The notes under the pieces: model-generated
Seen by the model: only the letters and a program-made list of their open reading frames with translations
What the model was told of the DNA's origin: nothing
Databases searched by the model: none
Assembly: GCA_018711385.1 (NCBI GenBank)
Contig: DVIK01000058.1
Span: 585-64,584 of the forward strand
Reading direction: 5' to 3'
DNA from: Candidatus Coproplasma avistercoris
GTDB lineage: Bacteria > Bacillota > Clostridia > Christensenellales > Borkfalkiaceae
Length of the DNA stretch: 64,000 nucleotides
Program-made: the position numbers and the translations under genes
Shown here: piece after piece, positions 50,282-58,317 of the stretch
Position numbering within the stretch: the first letter of the stretch is position 1
Layout of the letters: every line of letters starts with the position of its first letter

Positions 50282-52186
50282 GTGAGTGTGATACAGAATA
50301 AAATAGACGCCCTGCGCGCGGGACGCGCCATGAAGGCCGTCACGGATTTTTTTGAAAGTATATATTACCCGGTTGCCTATGCTCTGCTTGCGCTCGCGTG
50401 CTCGTTTGCCGGCTTCGAAATAGCCTTCTTTGCGGTCACGGCGGCCCTCGCCGTATTCACGCTCGTATTCTGCAGCGACACCAAAAGCCTGTTCGTCCCG
50501 CTCGTGCTCGCCGTATACGGTGTAAGTCAGCGGCATACCCCGCAGCCGCCCTACGGCAGCGACTATCTGTACGGCACGGGCTTCCTTGTCACCATGGGTT
50601 GCCTGCTTGCCCTGGTGTTTGCCGCAATGATATTCCGCATGGTCGCGTACCGCGGCACGGGCAACGTGTTCAGAACGCGCGCAAAGCTCAGGTGGGGGCT
50701 GTTCGCGCTTGCCGCGGCGCTCGTCCTTAATGGCATATTCAGCGAGGGATATACCGCAATGAATCTGGTGTTCGGCATAGTCATGGCGCTCTCGTTCGTG
50801 TGGTTTTACATATTCTTTTATAACACCGCGCAGTGGAACGGCGGTACCGCCGTATATATCGCCCGCGTGCTTGCCATAGCGGCGGCGGTCATCTTTATCC
50901 AGCTTGCCGAGGTCTACATCTTCGACGGCGCGGTGACAGACGGGGCCATAAACAAAGGCAGTCTCGTCGTGGGCTGGGGCATGAGCAACAACATCGGCGG
51001 CATGCTCGCCATGTTCATGCCCGCGTTCTTCTACCTTGCGTACAGGCAAAGGTTCGGCTGGCTGTGGTATCTGGGCGGGTTTGCGTGCTTCGGCGGCGTG
51101 GTGCTCACGCTCAGCCGCACATCCGTTCTGGTTGCCGCGGCGGCGCTCGTCGTCGTGATGGTGCTGCTCAGCATAAAGGGCAGGCACAGAAAGTTTGTGC
51201 GCATATTCAATATCGCGCTCGTTGCGGCGCTTGCCGTGCTATGCATCATATTTTCCGATAAGCTCGCAGAGATCTTCCGTTATTATCTCGACCGCGGGTT
51301 CGATGACTCGGGCAGGTTCGAGATCTGGGAAAACGGCTGGAAGAACTTTTTGCGCGCCCCCGTGTTCGGCGCGGGATTTCTCACCCCCATAGCGCCCGGC
51401 TGGTCGTACAACATCGAAAACTGGCTGTTTCCCGACATGTACCACAATACATACGTGCAGCTGTTCGCGTGCTGCGGCGTTGTGGGCGTGGCGGCGTACA
51501 CATTCCACATCGTTCAGGGCTTCATACTCATATTCAGACATCCCACGCCCGAGCGTATCTTCTTTTTCTTCGTCATTGCCGTTTTAAGCGGCATCAGCAT
51601 GGCCGACAATCACCTCTTCCACGTATTTCCCGCGCTCGTGTATTCCGCGCTGCTCGCGGCATGCGAAAAGGATTCCGAGGCGGAGGAGGCCCGCAGGGCC
51701 GCTTCTAAGGCGCAGCATCCTGACGGCGGGCTGCGCATACGGGAATATACCTCCGCAGATCTTTCGGCCGTGTCTGCGCTCTTTTACGAAACGGTGCATT
51801 CGGTGAACGCCGCGCACTATACCTCCCGCCAGCTCGACGCCTGGGCGCCGGGCAGGGACGCGCTCGAAGCAAGGAAGAGCGACTTTTCCGCGCAGTTTGC
51901 GCTCGTGGCGGTGGACGGCGACAGGATAGTCGGCTTCGGCAGCATAGACGGCTCGGGCTGCCTCGATATGCTGTATGTGGATAAAGATTTCCAGCGCCGC
52001 GGCATAGCTACGGCGCTGTGCGACAGGCTTGAAGAGGGGTTCGGGCAGGTCACGGCGTACGCCTCGGTGACGGCGCGGCCCTTCTTCGAAAAGCGCGGTT
52101 ATGCCGTCGTGAGGCGCAATACCGCCGTGCGGCGGGGCGTGCCGCTCACAAATTTCGAAATGCGCAAAGTGGTGCGCGGCGCGTAA
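50282..52186 (+). CDS. O-antigen ligase/polymerase-like (Wzy_C) membrane protein fused to a C-terminal GNAT acetyltransferase
   Basis: About 470 aa polytopic part with LTLSRTS, DDSGRFEIWENGW, PVFGAGF and YHNTYVQLFACCGVVG (Wzy_C hallmarks). The C-terminal 150 aa or so carry a GNAT core (VGFGSID...LYVDKDFQRRGIATAL). The start is uncertain: GTG 50282 or 50288, or ATG 50330. Confidence 0.75.
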   Translation: MSVIQNKIDALRAGRAMKAVTDFFESIYYPVAYALLALACSFAGFEIAFFAVTAALAVFTLVFCSDTKSLFVPLVLAVYGVSQRHTPQPPYGSDYLYGTGFLVTMGCLLALVFAAMIFRMVAYRGTGNVFRTRAKLRWGLFALAAALVLNGIFSEGYTAMNLVFGIVMALSFVWFYIFFYNTAQWNGGTAVYIARVLAIAAAVIFIQLAEVYIFDGAVTDGAINKGSLVVGWGMSNNIGGMLAMFMPAFFYLAYRQRFGWLWYLGGFACFGGVVLTLSRTSVLVAAAALVVVMVLLSIKGRHRKFVRIFNIALVAALAVLCIIFSDKLAEIFRYYLDRGFDDSGRFEIWENGWKNFLRAPVFGAGFLTPIAPGWSYNIENWLFPDMYHNTYVQLFACCGVVGVAAYTFHIVQGFILIFRHPTPERIFFFFVIAVLSGISMADNHLFHVFPALVYSALLAACEKDSEAEEARRAASKAQHPDGGLRIREYTSADLSAVSALFYETVHSVNAAHYTSRQLDAWAPGRDALEARKSDFSAQFALVAVDGDRIVGFGSIDGSGCLDMLYVDKDFQRRGIATALCDRLEEGFGQVTAYASVTARPFFEKRGYAVVRRNTAVRRGVPLTNFEMRKVVRGA

Positions 52187-52202
52187 ACGCCGCGCTTTTT
52201 TT
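52174..52202 (+). terminator. rho-independent terminator overlapping the stop codon of the Wzy_C-GNAT gene
   Basis: Stem GCGCGGCG/CGCCGCGC with the TAA stop in the loop, followed by T7. Confidence 0.8.
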
Positions 52203-52280
52203 CTGCGCGGCATTTGGAATTTGGCTATTGATTTTGCCGTACCTCCATGTTATAATGGTGCCGTAAAAGGGGGACGGATC

Positions 52281-53708
52281 ATGAAAGCAAGGTTGTTATG
52301 TTTGGCGGCAGCGGCGGCGTGCCTGTCAGTCGCGGTGTGCGCGGGGCCGGTCACCGTGTCGGCCAATTCCGCGCAGACACATTGGCAGGGCGTGGACGCG
52401 TCCGGCGCCGTCGTGCAGGGCGGGGACTGCCCCGTAGAGGTCGGGCACGAGACGCTCACATTCGATCTGGACGAATTTCCCTCCAACTATTACGAGCGGG
52501 CGGAGGACTTTCTCGCCTACGGCGGCAGCGTAAGTGCGGAATACACCTTTTACAACCCTGCGGACTATGCGGTCAGCGTTGCGCTCGCCTTCCCGTTCGG
52601 GCTGCTTCCCTCCTACGGGTATATGTACAGCGAAGAGGAGGAGCTGCTGTATTCGCAGCTGCCTTCGCGTTTCGGCGTCACCGTAAACGGCGAGGCGGTA
52701 TCCTGCACGGTGCGCCACACCTATCATCCCGAATATATGCAGTTCAGCGTGGAGGACGACCTTCCCCGCCTGCGCGACGGCCTTGACGGCGACGGGCTGT
52801 TTTTGCCCGGGACGGAAGTAAAATTGTACACGTTCGAAGCGTACGGCGTAGACGACAAATCGTATCCCTCGGCGTGCGCGGCGTTCGACATCTCTCCGGA
52901 GGGGCCGTGCGGCGTGGTCTGCGGCGATGTCCGAGGGGCTTCGTTTGAAGACGGAAAATATCGTATAAGCATGTTTGCAGACAGCGGAGACACGTTCGGG
53001 ATATATATGATAGGCGCGCATGCACGGCCGCAGCTCACCTTCTACCGCGACGGCGGCTGCGGAAACGGAACGGAGATAGAGGGCTCCGCGAGGCTGCTTT
53101 CGGAAACTTCGCTCAGCTTTGAAGAGTTTGCCCTCGCGCAGTGGAGCGAAGACTCGGGCATATCCCGCACCGACCACTACAACGCGTACGCCGACAAGCT
53201 GGCCTCTTCGCTCGTAAACGATGAGGTTGCCGTCTGCAACGAAAGGGCGCTGCGCCCGGGTGAGCTCATGCGCTGGTACGAATACGAGCTGGATTTTGCG
53301 CCGGGTGAAACGCTCGTGAACCGCGTCGAGGCGCCCATATATCCCGAAATCGACATGGGCTATACGCCCGCACTATACACATATACCTATCTGCTCTCGC
53401 CCGCGTCCACGTGGAAGAGCTTCGGTTCGCTCGACGTAATAATAAATACGCCCTTCTACGTCATCGGCGGCGAGGGGTTCACCGAAACGGAGAACGGCTA
53501 TGCAAAGTCGTTCGACGGCCTGCCCGAGGGCGAGCTCGTCTTTTCGCTGGCTTCGTCGCCTGAGGTGGAGGGGCCTTCGCCGTTCGGGGGCCTTGGGTAT
53601 TTTCTTGCCATGTTCGGCGTGCCGATACTCATCGCGCTCTTCGTTATAACGGGCGTCGTCATTGTTGCGGCGCTGCTGCTTTACAGGAGCGAAAACAGAA
53701 AGAAATAA
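52281..53708 (+). CDS. secreted protein with C-terminal transmembrane anchor, unknown function (475 aa; possibly DUF4424-like)
   Basis: Start ATG 52281 after AAAGGGGGA. Signal peptide MKARLLCLAAAAACLSVAVCAGP. C-terminal TM GYFLAMFGVPILIALFVITGVVIVAALLLY followed by RSENRKK. The family guess rests only on remembered patterns (YTFYNP...LAFPF; YLLSPASTWKSFGSLDVII). Confidence 0.65.
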   Translation: MKARLLCLAAAAACLSVAVCAGPVTVSANSAQTHWQGVDASGAVVQGGDCPVEVGHETLTFDLDEFPSNYYERAEDFLAYGGSVSAEYTFYNPADYAVSVALAFPFGLLPSYGYMYSEEEELLYSQLPSRFGVTVNGEAVSCTVRHTYHPEYMQFSVEDDLPRLRDGLDGDGLFLPGTEVKLYTFEAYGVDDKSYPSACAAFDISPEGPCGVVCGDVRGASFEDGKYRISMFADSGDTFGIYMIGAHARPQLTFYRDGGCGNGTEIEGSARLLSETSLSFEEFALAQWSEDSGISRTDHYNAYADKLASSLVNDEVAVCNERALRPGELMRWYEYELDFAPGETLVNRVEAPIYPEIDMGYTPALYTYTYLLSPASTWKSFGSLDVIINTPFYVIGGEGFTETENGYAKSFDGLPEGELVFSLASSPEVEGPSPFGGLGYFLAMFGVPILIALFVITGVVIVAALLLYRSENRKK

Positions 53709-53760
53709 AAAATTGCCCCGCACATATGCGCAGACAACGCGCAATGTGCGGGGCAATTTT
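53708..53760. terminator. bidirectional terminator between convergent genes
   Basis: 17-nt arms AAAATTGCCCCGCACAT/ATGTGCGGGGCAATTTT with A- and T-runs on either side. Confidence 0.8.
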
Positions 53761-53765
53761 CATGT

Positions 53766-56042
53766 TCAGTTTTTGGCCGCGTCCTCCGTTTTGCCGTCGT
53801 CGTCGGCGTCGTGTGCGGGGCAGGCCGCCGCGCAGCCGCCGCACTGTCTGCCGCAGCCGCCGCACCTGCCCTTGTTTTTGACTTTGCGCACGATGAGGTA
53901 CACCGCCGCGGCTATCGCGCATGCGCCCACTATGCATGAAATTATAATAGTTGCAACCATATTGCCGCTCCCTATCTGATATACTATCAGCGTAACTATA
54001 TACGCCACAACGAGCTGGAACAGCGCCGTGAAGCCCGTCCACAGCCAGCTTTTGGATTCCTTTTTAATGGTGGCAAGCGTAGCCACGCAGGGTATGTACA
54101 GCAGGCAGAACACCATCAGGCACACGGCGTTCAGCGGGCCGAAGCCTATCGCCGTCAGAGCCTCGGTAAACGCCTCGGAGCCCTGCGCCGCGCCCAGCAG
54201 CACCGCACAGCTTGAAACGACCACTTCCTTGGCGGAGATGCCCGCTATCAGCGCAACGACTATCTGCCAGAAGCCCAGCCCTATCACGGCGAACGCCGGC
54301 GAAAGGAACCTGCCTATGTATCCTGCAAAGCCGTATTCCATCTGCTCGCCGTCCACGTAACCCGTGGGGCCGACGTGCAGCAGCGCCCAGATTATCAGCG
54401 TGGCTATGAATATCGTCGTGCCCGCCTTTACAAGGTAGTCCTTTACCTTTTCCCAGACGTATATGCCCACCGTGCGCGCGTCGGGCAGCTTGTATTCGGG
54501 CAGCTCTATCAGCAGGTAATTGACCTCGCGCTTCCTGTCTATAAGGTGCATGACCGCCGCCACGCCTATTGCCACGAGTATGCCCAGGATATACATGGAA
54601 AACGCCGCAAGGAAGGCGTACTCGGCAAAGAACATCTCGGCGAAAAGTATGTATATGGTGAGGCGTGCGCTGCAGCTCATGAACGGGGTGACGAGCATCA
54701 CCTTGAACCTGTCGCGCCTGTTTTCCAGCGCGCGCGAGGCCATTATTGCGGGCACCGTGCAGCCGAAGCCCAGCAGCATGGGTATGAATGCCCTGCCCGA
54801 AAGCCCCAGCCTGCTCATTATTCCCTCCATGACATATGCCACCCTCGCCATGTATCCGCTGTCTTCGAGGAAGGCGAGCGCGAGGAAGAGTATGCATATG
54901 TTGGGCAAAAAGGTTATGATCGTGCCCACGCCGCTTATTATGCCGTCCACCAGCAGCGAGGTTATCACGGGGCTGGCGTTTGCCGACTCCAGCCCGCCCG
55001 AAACGGCGCCGGTAAGCGCATCTATGCCCATCTCCAAAAGCGACTTTATAAGGTCGCCCACAAAGAAGGTGAGGAAAAAAACCACCGCCATGATGCCCAG
55101 GAATATCGGTATTCCCCATATCTTATGGGTGAACGCCCTGTCCAGCCTGTCGGTAAGCCTGTCCTGCCGCTGTTTGTGCACCATCACTTCGTCGATTATC
55201 TCGCCGATGAAGTCGTATTTTTCGTTGATTATCTCCGCCTCGTAGTTGCCGCCTTCAAGGCAGGGCGCCTTTACGGGGTATTTCTCGCATATCTCCCTGT
55301 CGCCTTCAAGCGTCTTTATCGCGTGCCAGCGCACGTTCTTCATATCGGGATATGCCGCAACGAGCGCCGTTTCCACCTCGTCTATCCTGTCCTCCATGGC
55401 ATCGGAATACACCATGGTGTATTCATCGTGGTGGTCGTGCGCGTGGTGCGAAATTTCCTTGTGCTCGTGTATCAGCCTGTCGGGGCCTTTGCTGCCCTTG
55501 TGGTGTATGGCGGCGTGGATGAGTATGTCCAGCCCCGTGCGTTTGCGCGCGGATACGGGAATTACCGGCACGCCCAGCATCTCGGGCAGGCGGTGCAGGT
55601 CTATCTCCATGCCGCGCTTCAACACTATGTCCATCATGTTCAGCGCGACCACCACGGGCTTGCCCAGCTCCAGAAGCTGCAGCGTAAGGTACAGTCCGCG
55701 CTCGAGCGCGGAGGCGTCTACGACGTTTATCACCACGTCCACCTCGTCGCTCAGAATAAAGTTGCGCGCCACCGTCTCCTCCATGGTGTAGGAGGTAAGG
55801 CTGTAAGTGCCCGGCAGATCCACAAGCCTTATCTTTTCGCCGTGGTCCTTATAGGTGCCCTCAACCTTTTCAACGGTGACGCCCGGCCAGTTGGCAACTT
55901 TAAGGTTGGCGCCCGTATATGCGTTGAACAGCGTGGTCTTGCCGCAGTTGGGGTTGCCTATAAAGCCTATCGTCATCTGCGCGCCGGAGGTGTCCTGCAC
56001 GGCCGCGGGCGGGGTGCAGCATTTTCTCTTAAACAGTCCCAT
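53766..56042 (-). CDS. feoB: ferrous iron transporter FeoB with a Cys-rich C-terminal tail
   Basis: G-domain motifs GNPNCGKTT and DLPGTYSL, then a polytopic core. The tail is ...GRCGGCGRQCGGCAAACPAHD... Start 56042 (AAAGGAG 11 nt upstream) or the internal ATG 55976 (MTIGFIG). Confidence 0.9.
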   Translation of the reverse strand: MGLFKRKCCTPPAAVQDTSGAQMTIGFIGNPNCGKTTLFNAYTGANLKVANWPGVTVEKVEGTYKDHGEKIRLVDLPGTYSLTSYTMEETVARNFILSDEVDVVINVVDASALERGLYLTLQLLELGKPVVVALNMMDIVLKRGMEIDLHRLPEMLGVPVIPVSARKRTGLDILIHAAIHHKGSKGPDRLIHEHKEISHHAHDHHDEYTMVYSDAMEDRIDEVETALVAAYPDMKNVRWHAIKTLEGDREICEKYPVKAPCLEGGNYEAEIINEKYDFIGEIIDEVMVHKQRQDRLTDRLDRAFTHKIWGIPIFLGIMAVVFFLTFFVGDLIKSLLEMGIDALTGAVSGGLESANASPVITSLLVDGIISGVGTIITFLPNICILFLALAFLEDSGYMARVAYVMEGIMSRLGLSGRAFIPMLLGFGCTVPAIMASRALENRRDRFKVMLVTPFMSCSARLTIYILFAEMFFAEYAFLAAFSMYILGILVAIGVAAVMHLIDRKREVNYLLIELPEYKLPDARTVGIYVWEKVKDYLVKAGTTIFIATLIIWALLHVGPTGYVDGEQMEYGFAGYIGRFLSPAFAVIGLGFWQIVVALIAGISAKEVVVSSCAVLLGAAQGSEAFTEALTAIGFGPLNAVCLMVFCLLYIPCVATLATIKKESKSWLWTGFTALFQLVVAYIVTLIVYQIGSGNMVATIIISCIVGACAIAAAVYLIVRKVKNKGRCGGCGRQCGGCAAACPAHDADDDGKTEDAAKN

Positions 56043-56283
56043 CTTCCGTGTCGCTCCTTTCCGACGCCTCTTCTACCTGTATGTTCTTTGTTATGTTGTA
56101 ACCGAGCGCGAACCGCGTGCCGCGCAGCTTTATGATGAGTATGCCCCTGCCCTTGCGGCTCAGGACGCTTACGGGCGCGTCGCTCGTCATGCCCAGCGCC
56201 TCCAGCCTGCGCTCCGTTTCAAATGGCAGGTCTATGCGCTTTACTGTGTAGTGCCTGCCGGTCTGTGCTTCGCATAAGTACAT
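56029..56283 (-). CDS. feoA: FeoA-family protein (84 aa)
   Basis: I place the start at ATG 56283 (MYLCEAQTGRHYTVKRI...). SH3-like FeoA pattern (...LEALGMTSDAPVSVL...). The track ORF extends to 56373. Confidence 0.75.
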   Translation of the reverse strand: MYLCEAQTGRHYTVKRIDLPFETERRLEALGMTSDAPVSVLSRKGRGILIIKLRGTRFALGYNITKNIQVEEASERSDTEDGTV

Positions 56284-56458
56284 AAAAAACTCCGAACTCC
56301 GGGTGCGGCGGGCCGCGCCCATGCTGAATCTACGCTGATATTTTAATATGTATGCGCCGCACAAGTCAAACAACTTTATAAATTTTTTTTGTCTGCCCGT
56401 AAATGAAAACTGTTTTCAGGCAGCTAAAAAGTTTACATCTTTTTTGCGCGGCGGCGCA

Positions 56459-56488
56459 TTGACAGTCACGCCGCGGCGGTGATATAAT
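56459..56488 (+). promoter_or_regulatory. sigma-A type promoter of the second ABC exporter pair
   Basis: TTGACA (56459-56464), 18 nt, TATAAT (56483-56488). The -10 ends only 11 nt before ATG 56500. Confidence 0.55.
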
Positions 56489-56499
56489 ACACGGGTATC

Positions 56500-58317
56500 A
56501 TGGAAAATACCAAAGGCAAAAAATTCACAAAGGGCGGCATGCTTGCTTACTTTTTAAGGGGCTGCCGCCTGCTGTTTGCGGCAAGCATAATCTCGGGGCT
56601 GATAGTCACGTTCATAAACGTGGTCATCCCGCAGGTGATCAGCTTCACCGTAGACAGCGTAATAGGCGAGGAGCAGCCGCAGGGCGTGGCGGGCTGGCTT
56701 GCGGGGCTGTTCGGCGGCGTGCAGGCGGTGCGCGGCAGGCTGTGGGTGCCGGCCGTCGCCGTGCTCGCGCTGGCGCTGGTCATGGCGGTATTCCAATACT
56801 GCGCGCTCTATTTCAACCACCGCGCCAACCAGTCGCTCATGCGCGGCATGCGCAACGGGCTTTTCCGCCACATCCAGCGCCTGCCCGCGGGCTGGCACTC
56901 AAAGCACAGCACGGGCGACATAATCCAGCGCTGCACTTCCGATGCCGACGTCATCTCAAATTTCGTGTCCAATCAGCTGTATCAGCTCGTGCGCATAATA
57001 ATACTGCTCGTGCTCTCGCTCGCGCTGATGTTCGCCATGGACGTCGAGCTCGCGCTCATCGCCGCCGCGTTCATTCCGCTGCTCGTGGGCTATTCGCTGT
57101 TCTTTTACGCAAGGGCGGGCAAATCGTTCAGAAAGTGCGACGAGGAGGAGGGCGTGCTCTCTTCGATAGCGCAGGAAAACCTCACGGGCGTGCGCGTGGT
57201 GCGCGCCTTCGGCAGGGAGCGCTACGAGCGCGACAAGTTCGAAAAACAGAACGTCTACTACACGGGCCTCTGGGTGCGCATAGAGCGCTTTCTTGCGGCA
57301 TACTGGACTACAAACGACTTCCTTTCGGCGCTGCAGTGCATGCTGCTTATAGTCGTGGGCACGGTCTTTTGCCTGCGCGGGCAGATCACCGCGGGCGACC
57401 TTGTGGCGTTCATCTCATACAACACCATGCTCATGGGCCCCGTGCGCCAGCTGGGAAGGATAATCTCAGGCATGAGGCGCGCGGGCGTATCCATAGGCAG
57501 GATAGCCGAAATTATGAACGCCGAGGAGGAGAGTTACGGCGAGGCCGGCGAACTTTCGGGCGATATATGCTTTAACGACGTGAGTTTTGAATACGAGGCG
57601 GGCAAGCCCGTTTTGAGCGGCGTAAGTTTCACCGTTCCGCAGGGCGGCACGCTGGGCATAATAGGCGGCACGGGCAGCGGCAAGTCCACGCTGATGTATC
57701 TTCTGGACGGCCTGTATGCGCCCACTGGCGGGCACATAACCATAGGCGGCAGGGACATATCGGAAATACCCAACGCCACGCTGCGCGCCAACATAGGCTT
57801 CGTGTTGCAGGAAGGTTACCTGTACACGGGCACCGTGCGCGAAAATATCGCGGCGGCAAGCCCTTCGGACGACCTGCAGTCGGTGCGCCGCGCCGCCTCG
57901 GCGGCGTGCGTGGACGAGAATGTCTCGTCGTTTCCCTCGGGCTACGAAACGGTGGTGGGCGAAAGGGGCGTCACGCTCTCGGGCGGGCAGAAACAGCGCG
58001 TGTCCATCGCGCGCACGCTGCTGAGAAAAACGCCCTATCTGATATTCGACGACTCGCTCTCTGCGGTAGACAGCGAAACGGACGCCGAAATACGCTCCCG
58101 CCTCGCGCGCGAATACGGCAGTTCCACCGTGATAATGATCTCGCACCGCATAACCACCGTCATGAACGCCGACAACATAATAGTCATGGACGAAGGCAGG
58201 GTGGCCGAACAGGGCACGAGCGAACAGCTGCTCGCGCTCGGCGGCATATATAAGCGCATCTACGATCTGCAGATGAGCCTGCCCGATGAGCTGAAGGAGG
58301 GGGCAAATGAAGGGTAA
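56500..58317 (+). CDS. ABC exporter half-transporter (TMD-NBD), pair 2 subunit 1
   Basis: GGTGSGKST, LSGGQKQRVSIAR, LIFDDSLSAVD. No SD before ATG 56500. Alternative start ATG 56539 (MLAYFL). Confidence 0.85.
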   Translation: MENTKGKKFTKGGMLAYFLRGCRLLFAASIISGLIVTFINVVIPQVISFTVDSVIGEEQPQGVAGWLAGLFGGVQAVRGRLWVPAVAVLALALVMAVFQYCALYFNHRANQSLMRGMRNGLFRHIQRLPAGWHSKHSTGDIIQRCTSDADVISNFVSNQLYQLVRIIILLVLSLALMFAMDVELALIAAAFIPLLVGYSLFFYARAGKSFRKCDEEEGVLSSIAQENLTGVRVVRAFGRERYERDKFEKQNVYYTGLWVRIERFLAAYWTTNDFLSALQCMLLIVVGTVFCLRGQITAGDLVAFISYNTMLMGPVRQLGRIISGMRRAGVSIGRIAEIMNAEEESYGEAGELSGDICFNDVSFEYEAGKPVLSGVSFTVPQGGTLGIIGGTGSGKSTLMYLLDGLYAPTGGHITIGGRDISEIPNATLRANIGFVLQEGYLYTGTVRENIAAASPSDDLQSVRRAASAACVDENVSSFPSGYETVVGERGVTLSGGQKQRVSIARTLLRKTPYLIFDDSLSAVDSETDAEIRSRLAREYGSSTVIMISHRITTVMNADNIIVMDEGRVAEQGTSEQLLALGGIYKRIYDLQMSLPDELKEGANEG

